Notes: generated from the sequence alone by a model not told the origin. 64,000 nucleotides of DNA from an uncultured archaeon (GCA_902384675.1 CABMCT010000025.1:2791-66790); one strand, 5' to 3'. Shown: positions 1 through 9,423, counted from the first letter of the stretch. Made by a program: numbers and translations.

Positions 1-181
1 AAAGCTTGCCACTTCGTGGCATGATTTCAACCTTCGGTTGAAAACAGCTTGATATAAAATTTTGGAACATTTCAAATCTCCCAGCAACTTTATACAATCT
101 TATATATGTTGCACACCAAATAAATACACATTAGATACGATTCCAGCAAATACGTAACCTAGCTCCATTTGAGGTTGATTT

Positions 182-589
182 ATGCCCTTTAGCTCCGAAG
201 ACACCAATGTCGCCCTTGTAAACGAGCTTGCAAGAAGGCTCAATGACAATACACGAAGAATCAGGATGCTTGAGGAAAAAATCAGGAGCATCGATTCCCG
301 CGTAAACGGCCATGACCAGCGCATCATGGACACAACAAAGCAAATGAATGCCAATACACTGTCGGCTTCGAACGAGATGGCAGAAATCAAGGACCGGCTT
401 GCAAACATTGCCCTTGATATCCAGAACATCAAGGTAGAAATGCGCAAGGCAGCCACTGTGACTGACATGCGAGAAATCCAGGATTATATCGAACTGATAA
501 ATCCCATAACAACAAAATTCGCGACAAAAGGCGAAGTTGCCGAGATTGTTCGCGAAGAACTAAGAAAACAATTAAGAAAGAGGGTGTAA
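182..589 (+). CDS. hypothetical coiled-coil protein
   Basis: 135-aa ORF with a charged, heptad-like composition and no catalytic motif recognised. The only competing ORFs are antisense shadows. Confidence 0.5.
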   Translation: MPFSSEDTNVALVNELARRLNDNTRRIRMLEEKIRSIDSRVNGHDQRIMDTTKQMNANTLSASNEMAEIKDRLANIALDIQNIKVEMRKAATVTDMREIQDYIELINPITTKFATKGEVAEIVREELRKQLRKRV

Positions 590-931
590 ATTTTCACCCA
601 ATGCATAAGATAGATGGATAAAAATCCGTCGCAATGCATTATGAACCATTATGTGCATCGCTCTCGGCTTTTTGGGACACAGGGTCCTTTCGCTATCGCT
701 CTAGGCTTTTCAACCTAAAGCAGCTGGCGATGGTTGAAAATTCCCAAAAGCTTGTCGCGATAGCGGCATGATTTCAATCCAAGTAAAATGGAGAATGATT
801 GAAAATCATGAAAGCTTGGGCGCGTTTTGTCCGTTCGTTAACACTCTCGGCTTTTCAACCCAGAACAGTTAGTGAATGGTTAAAAACGCTTTCAAGCTTT
901 TTTATGCATTGAATGTGGAGAATGATAAAAA
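590..931. repeat. cluster of degenerate intergenic hairpin repeat units (AAGCTT / CATGATTTCAA / TTGAAAATCATG family)
   Basis: GGCTTTTCAACC occurs at 705-716 and 850-861, each paired with a downstream GGTTGAAAA or GGTTAAAAA arm. CATGATTTCAATC at 768-780 pairs with GATTGAAAATCATG at 797-810. AAGCTT flanks the units. A related unit lies at 1-55. Confidence 0.7.
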
Positions 932-1726
932 ATGTTCAAGCTTTTCGGCCATCTTAAAAAAGACAAGCCTTCTGACGGGCAGCCTGCAAACCAGAACCAG
1001 AATCAAGGGAATCCATCTGCACCGCAGCAGGCACCAAACAGGCCGCATCCTGAGGATCGCGTTGCATATCTTGTCTCGCAGGGGCTGGCAGAGCCTGAGA
1101 TAATAAAAGTCCTAAAAGACGAGGGCTATTCTTTCCAGGAAATCGACAGCGGAATAACCAATGTCCTGAAAAGCCGCGTTTCAAACGAGCCTCCTGTTTC
1201 TGCTTACGGTTTTGGCGAGGGAGCCCAGCCGGAGGACCTTGCGCCGGTATTCCGGCCAAATCCCCAGGAGGTTGTCCGGGAGGAGGCAGCAGCGCGCAGC
1301 AAGGCAGCAATGATAGAGGAAATGGAGGAAATTATCGAGACGTTGATAGAAGAAAAGCTCTCGGGGGTTCTTGACGAGCTGGACAAGACAGAAAAAAGGT
1401 TCGCTGAAGTGAACGAGAAGCTGCGCCAGGTTAACGAGAGGATACTTGCCCTGGAAAACCAGGAAAAAAATACTGATGCATCCCAGGCAGAAAAAATAAA
1501 TGCAGTCGGCCAGAAAGAAGAAAATATAGAGCCGCGCATTGCAAGCCTTGAAAAGGCGTTCAAGGACATAGTGCCGAATCTTGTTGAAAGCATCCGGGAG
1601 ATGCGGGAGACAGTGGCATCATTGCGGCGCAGGGAAGCTCCAATGCCTGATGTTGAGAGAAGCGCAGAGGAAAGCAGCGGATTCGAGGCAGAGAAAGATA
1701 ATAACAAATCCAGCATTTTTGATTGA
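932..1726 (+). CDS. hypothetical protein with a Q/N/P-rich N-terminus and a long coiled-coil C-terminus
   Basis: 264-aa ORF with a low-complexity N-terminus, a small helical segment (VAYLVSQGLAEPEIIKVLKDEGYSFQEI), then a glutamate/lysine-rich coiled coil. Confidence 0.55.
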   Translation: MFKLFGHLKKDKPSDGQPANQNQNQGNPSAPQQAPNRPHPEDRVAYLVSQGLAEPEIIKVLKDEGYSFQEIDSGITNVLKSRVSNEPPVSAYGFGEGAQPEDLAPVFRPNPQEVVREEAAARSKAAMIEEMEEIIETLIEEKLSGVLDELDKTEKRFAEVNEKLRQVNERILALENQEKNTDASQAEKINAVGQKEENIEPRIASLEKAFKDIVPNLVESIREMRETVASLRRREAPMPDVERSAEESSGFEAEKDNNKSSIFD

Positions 1727-1747
1727 TATCGTAGTTGAGGGAGCTTT

Positions 1748-2095
1748 GTGAGAAATAGATTAAGCGGGGAAGATGTAACCAAAAAACTTGACGATGAAGA
1801 AGTCGCGGAATTTATCCTGAGCGAGGAGCGCACTGTGCTTTCAAAGCAGAGGACCGCGCTTGCGTTTATACAGACAGGGCTTGCCGCGATAGGCGTCGGC
1901 CTTGTGGTTGTAAAGTTCTGGACGGATGATGTTTTCAGGGGCGTTGGCGGTATTTTGATAGCGCTCGGATTCTATGAAATCGCGCGCTCCTACAATAAGC
2001 TTTCTGAGTACAACAAGAGGCTTGAGCGCGTCAAGCGGTTTGTGAAAAACAGCAAATGGGGGAAAGTCGAGTACGGAAGTAAAATAGAAAAATAG
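1748..2095 (+). CDS. DUF202 (YidH-like) membrane protein
   Basis: GTG start. The motif EERTVLSKQRTALAFIQTGLA is followed by two hydrophobic helices, which is typical of DUF202. Confidence 0.6.
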   Translation: MRNRLSGEDVTKKLDDEEVAEFILSEERTVLSKQRTALAFIQTGLAAIGVGLVVVKFWTDDVFRGVGGILIALGFYEIARSYNKLSEYNKRLERVKRFVKNSKWGKVEYGSKIEK

Positions 2096-2113
2096 CCTTA
2101 GGTAATCCTAAAG

Positions 2114-2473
2114 TTAAGATGAGAATCCAATTGCATTGAAAGGAATCGCATTCATGTATATGGACAGTTTTGTTTTGTCGTCAATATCTTCTCTGGATAA
2201 GAGTTGGTAAAGTTCGTTATAGCGGCCATTTAGAAATACTATGTTTTTGTATGCCTGTGACGCAGGTGACAATTCCGGTCTCTGCAGAGCCCGGTTAAAA
2301 GTTCCTATCCTGCTTGCGACCCCTGCTGTTAGTGAATATATTATTTCTTCCGTTTCAAGAGTTTGAAAGGACTCTCTTATCACTTCTTTATTCGCGGGAT
2401 GCTGTCGCAAATACGTCAGACAATTCCATTTTGTATTCATGAGTTTCACCAAAGTAACCAACAGTTGTTCCAA
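2114..2473 (-). CDS. hypothetical protein
   Basis: 119-aa ORF that fills the gap between flanking genes. No motif recognised. Confidence 0.4.
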   Translation of the reverse strand: MEQLLVTLVKLMNTKWNCLTYLRQHPANKEVIRESFQTLETEEIIYSLTAGVASRIGTFNRALQRPELSPASQAYKNIVFLNGRYNELYQLLSREDIDDKTKLSIYMNAIPFNAIGFSS

Positions 2474-2485
2474 ATGTTTATAAAC

Positions 2486-3079
2486 CTATTGCTTCACGGT
2501 GCGGCTCAATTCCGCTGCCTTTTTGTGCATCTCCACGGCTCTTTTCCCGGCCTCTTTCATTGTTTTCCCGAGCGAGATTATGCCGTGGTTCTTCAGTATA
2601 AAATAATCGTGCATGCACAGCTTTTTTGCCTGCTCCATAAGTTCCGGCGTGCCGTACGGCTCTTCTTTTTCTGTTACAGGAATCCCGAGCTTCTTCGCGT
2701 TCTTTAGAACTATGTCGTCATGGCTGTGGAAAATCGCGTTAATGTCGGGTCGCGTTGAGTAAATCATATGATGCATAACCGATTCGGAAGAAGGCGCGCA
2801 CAGTCCGATTGCCCTGACCTGTTTTCCGGATACTGAAAGGACTTCGGCAAAATCCGTTTCCTTCATGTTTTCATGGTTTGTGCTTGCGCCGGTGATGATG
2901 AATCCTTTGGGTGTGCGGCAGCTCATGTTCCCGTAGCTTCCGGCTGCATGTTTTGGCGCGATTCCCATTTCAGAGAATTTCCTGCACCAGAAAATCAGCT
3001 CCTTTATGCATTTGTGTTTAGGCGCGCGCCGCTCGACAAAAACCGTCTCGAATTTCACGCCGACGTATCCTTCGCTCAT
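2486..3079 (-). CDS. class II aldolase/adducin-family protein (MtnB/Ald2-like)
   Basis: Family-typical segments GNMSCRTPKGFIITGAS and AIFHSHDDIV (metal-binding His cluster). Located next to mtnA-like and MTAP genes. Confidence 0.8.
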   Translation of the reverse strand: MSEGYVGVKFETVFVERRAPKHKCIKELIFWCRKFSEMGIAPKHAAGSYGNMSCRTPKGFIITGASTNHENMKETDFAEVLSVSGKQVRAIGLCAPSSESVMHHMIYSTRPDINAIFHSHDDIVLKNAKKLGIPVTEKEEPYGTPELMEQAKKLCMHDYFILKNHGIISLGKTMKEAGKRAVEMHKKAAELSRTVKQ

Positions 3080-3091
3080 TCAAACAACCGT

Positions 3092-3490
3092 TTAATATCT
3101 AATGTATTCAGATCTTAATTTTCCGATAAATTTCGGAATTTCAGTTATGGTCCACCTAATTCTTCTAGAATCGTTTAGTGCTTGGTAGTTACTCCACACA
3201 CTACCTTCCAAATAATCCAATACGTCATTCAATGGTTGGTGCTCCCGATATACAGTCTTGCCAGAATTCCTTAATCGTTTTACCAATCCGGATTCTTTCC
3301 AAAGTTTTACTCCCTCAGGTAGCTTTTCAGAATTCAAGCCGTTTAATACTGAATATTCTTTCAACACCGCCAATGGAATTATCAGGCCAAGCTCTGATGC
3401 ATCAGAAACTGCATTATCTATTGGAACGCAATCACTACGCTCTATCTCGATTTGCTCAAAATATTTATCAATAAGCTGGGCGGCGTTCAT
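3092..3490 (-). CDS. hypothetical protein
   Basis: 132-aa ORF that looks more AT-rich than its neighbours by eye. No motif recognised. Confidence 0.4.
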   Translation of the reverse strand: MNAAQLIDKYFEQIEIERSDCVPIDNAVSDASELGLIIPLAVLKEYSVLNGLNSEKLPEGVKLWKESGLVKRLRNSGKTVYREHQPLNDVLDYLEGSVWSNYQALNDSRRIRWTITEIPKFIGKLRSEYIRY

Positions 3491-3501
3491 ACAATATTAT
3501 T

Positions 3502-4617
3502 TCAAGATAACCTTTTTATTTCAACCGTATTTGGTTTTACAATTCCCTTTTCAGTTATAAGTCCTGTGATGTATTTTGCTGGTGTAACATCAAATGCAGG
3601 ATTGAGAGCGTGAGAATTTTGCGGCGCAAGCATTACTTTTTTCATAATACCATCATCTGCAAGCTCTGAAACAGATAGCACTTCATCTTCGCTTCGCTCT
3701 TCTATTGGAATGTCTTTTCCTGTTTTGCATTTCAGGTCGAATGTTGTTGTAGGCGCGGCAATGTAGAACGGCACACCGAATTCTCGCGCGACAATCGCTT
3801 TTTCAAATGTCCCGATTTTGTTTGCCGTATCGCCGTTTGCAGCAATCCTGTCCGCTCCGACAATCATCATGTCAATTCCCTGTGACATAAAATATGCGCC
3901 GGCATTATCGGGAATTATTCTGTGCTCAATTCCTTCATTCAGAAGTTCCCATGAAGTCAGGAACATTCCCTGCAGCCGCGGCCTTGTCTCGTCGACATAA
4001 ACAAAGACTTTTTTCCCCTGCCTTTTTGCAAAATAAATCGGGGCAAGAGCGCTTCCCCAGTCGCAGAACGCGAGCCATCCGGCATTGCAATGAGTCTCGA
4101 TTTTCGCGCCGTCTTTAATTAGCGCGCTTCCGTATTCGCCAATTTTCCTGCAGTTCTCAGCGTCTTCGTCAGCGATTTTTTGCGCTTGGAACATCGCGGT
4201 TTCTTTTTGTTTTGCTGAATTTTTCGCAGCATTAAAAACGCGGTTAGTTGCGTAGAATAAATTTTGTGCAGTCGGGCGCGTCGATTCTATATGTTTTTTT
4301 GCATTTTCAATATATTCAAGGTCACTTGATTCCAGAAACGCCTGCGCCATTGCATAGCCTGCTGAAACTCCTATTGCTCCTGCGCCGCGCACTGTCATAT
4401 TCTTTATTGCAGCAGCTGTATCTTTGTGCGTTGCAAGCGCCGCAATCTCGAACTTGTGCGGCAGAAGAAGCTGGTTTATCATCTTTACTGCGCTTCCCTC
4501 CATCCAGACGGTCCTGTAGTGTTTGCCGTTTACCTGCATAAGACACTCATCTCGTTTCGCTTCGCTCACTCCAAGCTTTTGAGGGCTCCTTACCTCAAAA
4601 TATTGCTGCAAAAGCAT
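3502..4617 (-). CDS. mtnA: methylthioribose-1-phosphate isomerase-like protein (eIF-2B alpha/beta/delta family)
   Basis: MTVRGAGAIGVSAGYA and GADRIAANGDTANKIGT motifs, with an N-terminal LLLP-type extension typical of MtnA rather than R15P isomerase. Confidence 0.85.
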   Translation of the reverse strand: MLLQQYFEVRSPQKLGVSEAKRDECLMQVNGKHYRTVWMEGSAVKMINQLLLPHKFEIAALATHKDTAAAIKNMTVRGAGAIGVSAGYAMAQAFLESSDLEYIENAKKHIESTRPTAQNLFYATNRVFNAAKNSAKQKETAMFQAQKIADEDAENCRKIGEYGSALIKDGAKIETHCNAGWLAFCDWGSALAPIYFAKRQGKKVFVYVDETRPRLQGMFLTSWELLNEGIEHRIIPDNAGAYFMSQGIDMMIVGADRIAANGDTANKIGTFEKAIVAREFGVPFYIAAPTTTFDLKCKTGKDIPIEERSEDEVLSVSELADDGIMKKVMLAPQNSHALNPAFDVTPAKYITGLITEKGIVKPNTVEIKRLS

Positions 4618-4643
4618 AAATTACTATCTTTGAAATAAACCTT

Positions 4644-5432
4644 ATGCAAACAAATAATTCTGCTGAGATTGGATTGATTGGCGGTACAGGGGTTTATGAC
4701 CCGGCGCTCCTTGAAAATGCCGAACAGGCAAAAGTCTGGACACCATACGGCGCGACTTCAAGCCCGATAACTATTGGTATGTTCAAGGGCAGGAAAATCG
4801 CTTTTATTGCAAGGCACGGGCTTAATCATACCATTCCGCCGCATAAGGTAAACTGGCGCGCAAACATTTATGCCCTAAAAGAACTTGGAGTTTCCCGGAT
4901 TCTTGCAACGTGTGCAACCGGCTCGCTAAAAGAAGATTACAAGCCGGGGACTGTTGTGATACCCGATCAGTTCGTAGACTTCAGCAAAACCGTGCACACT
5001 TTTTATGACGAGGGCAAATTCTATCATGTGGGCATGGCAGAGCCGTTCTGCTCGGAATTAAGAACGATTTTGATAAACGAGGCAAAGGCGCTGAAGCTGC
5101 CGCTCAAGGAAAAGGGCACTTATCTAAGAATCGAAGGCCCGCAGTTTTCGACGCGCGCAGCATCGAATATGTATCGCCAGTTCGCGGATTTAATCGGAAT
5201 GACCGGAGTTCCGGAAGCAATACTCGCAAGGGAAAAGGAGCTCTGCTTTGCAATAATCGCGACAGTTACGGATTATGATGTGTGGAAATCGTCTTCTTCA
5301 TTTGAAGAAATAAAAAACGTCATGGCAGCAAATATCCAGAACACAAAAAAGCTTCTTGAAGCAGTTATCCCAAAAATCCCGAAAGAAAGAAAATGCATTT
5401 GCAAGGATGCATTGAAGGGAGCTGAAGCGTAG
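4644..5432 (+). CDS. mtnP: 5'-methylthioadenosine (purine nucleoside) phosphorylase
   Basis: IGLIGGTGVYD, FIARHG..HTIPPHKVNWRANIYALKELGV and ATCATGSL are characteristic of the MTAP family. Confidence 0.9.
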   Translation: MQTNNSAEIGLIGGTGVYDPALLENAEQAKVWTPYGATSSPITIGMFKGRKIAFIARHGLNHTIPPHKVNWRANIYALKELGVSRILATCATGSLKEDYKPGTVVIPDQFVDFSKTVHTFYDEGKFYHVGMAEPFCSELRTILINEAKALKLPLKEKGTYLRIEGPQFSTRAASNMYRQFADLIGMTGVPEAILAREKELCFAIIATVTDYDVWKSSSSFEEIKNVMAANIQNTKKLLEAVIPKIPKERKCICKDALKGAEA

Positions 5433-5807
5433 TTATTTCCTGTTGTGGTTTTTTGTTAGCTCGCCCAATAAATATCTTGATGAGCCTATTATGCCCGCTC
5501 CTAATCGGTCATTCACACCGCTATCAGAAGCATTATAAAATCTAAGAAGAATATCTACGCCGACCACTGCTTTTGATATATGAAGTGCGTTTTCCAAATA
5601 AGGTACCGAAGTGCCTTCCAATATAAGCATCACGCCATCAAAAAATGCCCAGTCATTGGTGGTTGAGTTCTTCGCCGCTTTTTCGATTTCACTATTTGTT
5701 CCAAAGATGTATGTTAACGGCCCGACAAGACCTCCGGTATAGCTTCTTATGCCATTATAAAAACTTTGGAATTCATTGAACTCCTCGGAGTTTTTGAACA
5801 GATTCAT
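5433..5807 (-). CDS. hypothetical protein
   Basis: 124-aa ORF. No motif recognised. Confidence 0.4.
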   Translation of the reverse strand: MNLFKNSEEFNEFQSFYNGIRSYTGGLVGPLTYIFGTNSEIEKAAKNSTTNDWAFFDGVMLILEGTSVPYLENALHISKAVVGVDILLRFYNASDSGVNDRLGAGIIGSSRYLLGELTKNHNRK

Positions 5808-5853
5808 GCCTGTTCTATCAAGAGAAACATTTAAAAACCTTTATTTTTCAGAA

Positions 5854-6642
5854 TTATTCGTTTTTTACCTTCTTCTTCCCTTCTTCCTTTACAGCCTTTA
5901 TCAGCGCGCCTAATTTTTCGCCCAGGTCTTTTGCTTCCTCAATTAATGTGCCTGTAACGATTACGCTTGCGCCTGCAGCGACTTTTTGTGCCGCAACTTC
6001 TGCGGTTTTTATCCCGCCGCCCACAATTACAGGTACGCTTGCCGCTTTTCTTACCATCCCGACAATTTCGTCAGGAACAGGAGCGCGTGCGCCGGAGCCT
6101 GCTTCAAGATAAATCAGCCTCATTCCAAGGAATTCTCCTGCCAGTGCATATGCTGCTGCAATGTCAGGTTTGTCGCGCGGAATTGGTTTTGCATCTCCGA
6201 TAAAGGATACGCTTCCGCCCGGCTCAATTATAATATACGCCATAGGAATTGCTTCAAGGCCCATTCTCCTGATAAGAGGTGCTCCAAGTGCCTGCGCGCC
6301 TGAAATCCAGTACGGGTTCCTTGAATTAAGAAGGCTCATAAAAAATATCGCGTCTGCAGACTTCAGCACGCCGTCGACGTTTCCCGGGAAAATTATCAGG
6401 GGCAGGCTGCTGTTCTCCTTTATCAGCTTCATTACCTTGAAAGAATCCGAGTGTGCGATTCCAAGAGAGCCCCCGACCATGAATGCGTCGGTGCCTGATT
6501 TTTCGGCAGTCTTTATGACATTCTTCAAGTTCTCCGGGTCTTCTATCATGTCTTCCGGGTCCACCAGCGTGAAATGAAGCGCGCCGCTCTCTTTAAGCTT
6601 TTCGTGGAGCAGTGTCTCTATTTTTCCGATTTTTAAAGTCAT
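5854..6642 (-). CDS. geranylgeranylglyceryl phosphate synthase (PcrB/GGGPS family)
   Basis: LHFTLVDPED, EAGSGA and VGGGIKT motifs. ATG at 6642 is preferred over the upstream TTG at 6666. Confidence 0.85.
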   Translation of the reverse strand: MTLKIGKIETLLHEKLKESGALHFTLVDPEDMIEDPENLKNVIKTAEKSGTDAFMVGGSLGIAHSDSFKVMKLIKENSSLPLIIFPGNVDGVLKSADAIFFMSLLNSRNPYWISGAQALGAPLIRRMGLEAIPMAYIIIEPGGSVSFIGDAKPIPRDKPDIAAAYALAGEFLGMRLIYLEAGSGARAPVPDEIVGMVRKAASVPVIVGGGIKTAEVAAQKVAAGASVIVTGTLIEEAKDLGEKLGALIKAVKEEGKKKVKNE

Positions 6643-6785
6643 GATGTGCACCAGTAAAATTATCAATGGATAATAAGTTTATAGCTTTAAAAAGAATCAT
6701 GAAGGGCTTTCGCCCTTCAAAAAGTTTGCAAATTCTGATTAATCGGGCAATATACGCGATTAATCCAGGGTTGCAATCAAATCCC

Positions 6786-6926
6786 TTATCCGCCGATCTT
6801 GAACATCTTTGTGCCGCATTTCGGGCAAATGCCTGATGTTGCAGGCTTTCCGTTTTTCAGCGTCACTTTCTTGGCGTCTTTCATCTCTCTTTTTGCTTTA
6901 CATTTGACACAGTAGCCGTCTACCAT
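6786..6926 (-). CDS. small zinc-ribbon protein (DUF5679-like), below the ORF-track size cutoff
   Basis: Manual translation gives MVDGYCVKCKAKREMKDAKKVTLKNGKPATSGICPKCGTKMFKIGG (46 aa) with CxxC..CxxC. A perfect hairpin TGAAGGGC-TTTC-GCCCTTCA at 6700-6719 plus a T-run lies downstream on the minus strand. Confidence 0.6.
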   Translation of the reverse strand: MVDGYCVKCKAKREMKDAKKVTLKNGKPATSGICPKCGTKMFKIGG

Positions 6927-7176
6927 AGATTCACCTAACTACCCATTCATTCGGAAGCGGGTTTTATAAAGGTTAGGGTGATAAAATCTTTAAATACCCG
7001 AAATGACAATATATTATCGCACCTAAACTTTCGAACTTGATAACCGATACAGGGGGAGATAAAATGAGCACTATTAAGACTAATCTCGATTCTTTCAGAG
7101 TGGAATTTTTAAGCTTCAGAAGGTCTTTCTCTTTACGTAATTTCAAAATTGTATTTCAGCAATTCATGGTGTCTTT

Positions 7177-7935
7177 ATGGATATCGTAGACGCGGATTTT
7201 CACGCGGGCGAGGTTCCCGAGGTTGCAGAGGAGCGGTTTTCATTCAAATCCGATTCCGAAGACATCATGAAATTCATATCAACAGACGACTGGGAGAACG
7301 TGCTTTTTGCGCTTACAAAGGACATGGACCCCTGGGATGTTGATTTGCTCAGGCTCAGCGAGAGATTTACTTCATTCATCCAGACCCTCCAGAAAAGGGA
7401 TTTGAGGGCACCCTCGCGCATTATTCTTGCTGCGGCGATTATCTATCGCTTAAAATCCGAAACTCTAAGGGAACCCGAGGAAGAGCCTGTATCTTTGGAG
7501 GATGTGGATACCGAAGTAGGGGAGGAAATAGAATCAGGCGAGCCACTTTCGCTTCCTGCAATAGAGGTTCCCCTGAAGCGCGAGCCGAGACGAAGAGTCA
7601 CGATAAAGGAGCTTGTCAACGCGCTTGGCAAAGCCATGAAAGTGCAGAACCGCAGGGCAGCGCGGCGCATCTTTAATATCGAACTTCGCGGCGAGGACAT
7701 AACCAAAAAAATCGAAGAAGTGTACGAATCCATAGTGACGTTTATTGAAAAGGCAAAGGACGGCGTAGTGACTTTTTCAAGCCTTTTTACTGCGCCAAAA
7801 GAAAAGAGCCCAGAGGAAAAAATCAGGAATTTCAGCTCGCTTTTACATCTTTCAAACCAGGAGAGGATAACATGCAGCCAGCCCACGCTTTTCGGGGAGA
7901 TTTACATTTCAAAGGCAGTGCGGGGTTGCGGATAA
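7177..7935 (+). CDS. scpA: segregation and condensation protein A (kleisin)
   Basis: DPWDVDLLRLSERFTSFIQ and RIILAAAIIYRLKSETL are typical of the ScpA N-terminal domain, followed by an acidic linker and a winged-helix-like C-terminus. Confidence 0.75.
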   Translation: MDIVDADFHAGEVPEVAEERFSFKSDSEDIMKFISTDDWENVLFALTKDMDPWDVDLLRLSERFTSFIQTLQKRDLRAPSRIILAAAIIYRLKSETLREPEEEPVSLEDVDTEVGEEIESGEPLSLPAIEVPLKREPRRRVTIKELVNALGKAMKVQNRRAARRIFNIELRGEDITKKIEEVYESIVTFIEKAKDGVVTFSSLFTAPKEKSPEEKIRNFSSLLHLSNQERITCSQPTLFGEIYISKAVRGCG

Positions 7936-7949
7936 GTAACGGTTAGAAA

Positions 7950-8195
7950 TTGAAAATGTTTCTAAATGAGGGAACGGCTATGCAGATAATGGAAATAAAA
8001 CAGAGGGTTGCAGGAAGAATGGACGCGCAGGAAACAGAAGTTTCGGATGCTTCTCGTGCCGAGATGAAAGAGATAAACCGGCTTCGTTTTGTACTGGACA
8101 AGGCCAACCGGTTTCCCGGGCTTCTTTCAAGCGAGGAGACCTTGAAGTTGTCGCGAAAGCTTGCGGACATGGAAAGAAGAACACACAAGTACTAG
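7950..8195 (+). CDS. hypothetical small protein
   Basis: 81-aa charged ORF. An antisense ORF of equal length exists, so coding status is uncertain. Confidence 0.35.
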   Translation: MKMFLNEGTAMQIMEIKQRVAGRMDAQETEVSDASRAEMKEINRLRFVLDKANRFPGLLSSEETLKLSRKLADMERRTHKY

Positions 8196-8296
8196 TTGAT
8201 AAACACACCATTTCATGATATTGTAGTACTAGTCAATAGCACTCAGACCGAAAGCTTTATATACTTTCACGACTATCTGGTACTTATCACTTTCAA

Positions 8297-8410
8297 ATGT
8301 TGACGCTTTGTGCTTCAACTTTGAAATCATCTCGCCGTTGCTCGAAGCTTTTGAACGTTCGTTCAAAACGGCTTGAAAATCCGAACTTTTTGCATGGAGA
8401 TTTTCATGAA
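8297..8410. repeat. intergenic hairpin repeat unit (same family as 590-931)
   Basis: On the minus strand it reads AAGCTT-GC-rich hairpin-GATGATTTCA. It also has a TTGAACG/CGTTCAA hairpin at 8351-8366 and a TGAAAATC (8374-8381) / GATTTTCA (8399-8406) inverted repeat. Positions 8370-8389 are identical to 60984-61003. Confidence 0.7.
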
Positions 8411-8521
8411 AGAAGCCAAATACCGCGAATCAATAAAATCAGGAGCGGTTTAAACATATCGCAAATCTATATAAAGAACTTCCTATAAATATTACTTAGG
8501 CGTCGATATAGTGCGACATTT

Positions 8522-9373
8522 ATGGTGATAACGATGACAATAGTAAGCCAAAAGACAATGGATAAATTGAAAGCAATAGGACTTAATCTTTACGAGAGAA
8601 AGCTCTATGCAGCCCTTCTTGCACGAGGCACATCGACAGCAGGAGAGCTTTCGGAGATGGCAGTGGTTCCGCGCTCGCGTTCTTACGATGTTCTTGAATC
8701 GCTGGCAGAAAAGGGTTTTGTCATAATCAAAAATGCAAAGCCTTTACAATACGTGGCGGTTGCACCCGCAGAAGCTCTGGAGCGTGCAAAGAACAAGATG
8801 AAAACGGACCTTCAGGAAGCAATGGAGCGCATAGAGGAATTCAAGGAAAGCGATGCTTTGTCAGAGCTTCAGAAACTGCATTCTGCAGGAGTCTCTCTTG
8901 TTGACGCAGCAGATATGTCAGGCTCGCTCAAAGGCAGGCATTCAATACACCAGCAGCTTGGCACTATGCTTAAAGCCGCGGATTCAAATATTGACATTCT
9001 GACATCAGAAAACGGCCTAAAGGAATTGAACTCCAAACATGCGGACTTGATTAAAGCCGCTTTGGACAAAGGCGTAAACGTCAGGGTTGCAGCGCCGATA
9101 ACATCAGCCAACAAAAGCGATGCCGAGGCGCTTCGTGCACTCGGAAGCGGGATTGCAATCAAGGACGCATCAAAGGCAAATGTTCCTACTACCCGCATGT
9201 TTGTTGTCAACGGGAACGCAAGCATTCTGGGCCTGACCGACGACGTAAAGACGCACCCGACACAGGACGTTGCATTCTGGTCTGCATCCGAGCACTTCTC
9301 GCAGAACTTCGCAAAGCCGACATTCGACCTTATCTGGGAAAAGCTGAACCGGAAAGAGAGCCCGGAGAAATAG
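8522..9373 (+). CDS. TrmB-family transcriptional regulator
   Basis: N-terminal wHTH LYERKLYAALLARGTSTAGELSEMAVVPRSRSYDVLESLAEKGFV, a coiled-coil linker and a TrmB-like C-terminal domain. Confidence 0.8.
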   Translation: MVITMTIVSQKTMDKLKAIGLNLYERKLYAALLARGTSTAGELSEMAVVPRSRSYDVLESLAEKGFVIIKNAKPLQYVAVAPAEALERAKNKMKTDLQEAMERIEEFKESDALSELQKLHSAGVSLVDAADMSGSLKGRHSIHQQLGTMLKAADSNIDILTSENGLKELNSKHADLIKAALDKGVNVRVAAPITSANKSDAEALRALGSGIAIKDASKANVPTTRMFVVNGNASILGLTDDVKTHPTQDVAFWSASEHFSQNFAKPTFDLIWEKLNRKESPEK

Positions 9374-9423
9374 GCTCGGGCTTATCAAGAACCCTTTAAA
9401 TCCTTTCCCTGCAACTGATTATT

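Noticed and set aside
590-931. Possibility that the hairpin repeats are C/D-box sRNAs (the GATGATTTCA motif resembles a C box).
   Set aside because: The motif does not match RUGAUGA, and no appropriately placed CUGA D box or terminal stem was seen.
1204-1833. Long antisense ORFs in the track, for example 1204-1833(-), 6161-6577(+), 13161-13631(+), 21034-21678(+), 22694-23383(+), 25969-26742(-), 48264-48866(+) and 58642-59202(+).
   Set aside because: Each lies wholly opposite a gene with strong family motifs (coiled-coil protein, GGGPS, PCNA, GAPDH, PGK, wHTH protein, VirB6-like, HsdR). Their translations are low-complexity and rich in Ser, Leu or Arg. They are shadow ORFs.
7064-7189. A 41-codon ORF preceded by GGGGGAGAT upstream of scpA.
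   Set aside because: The translation is hydrophobic and low-complexity, there is no motif, and it overlaps the scpA start. It is more likely leader sequence.
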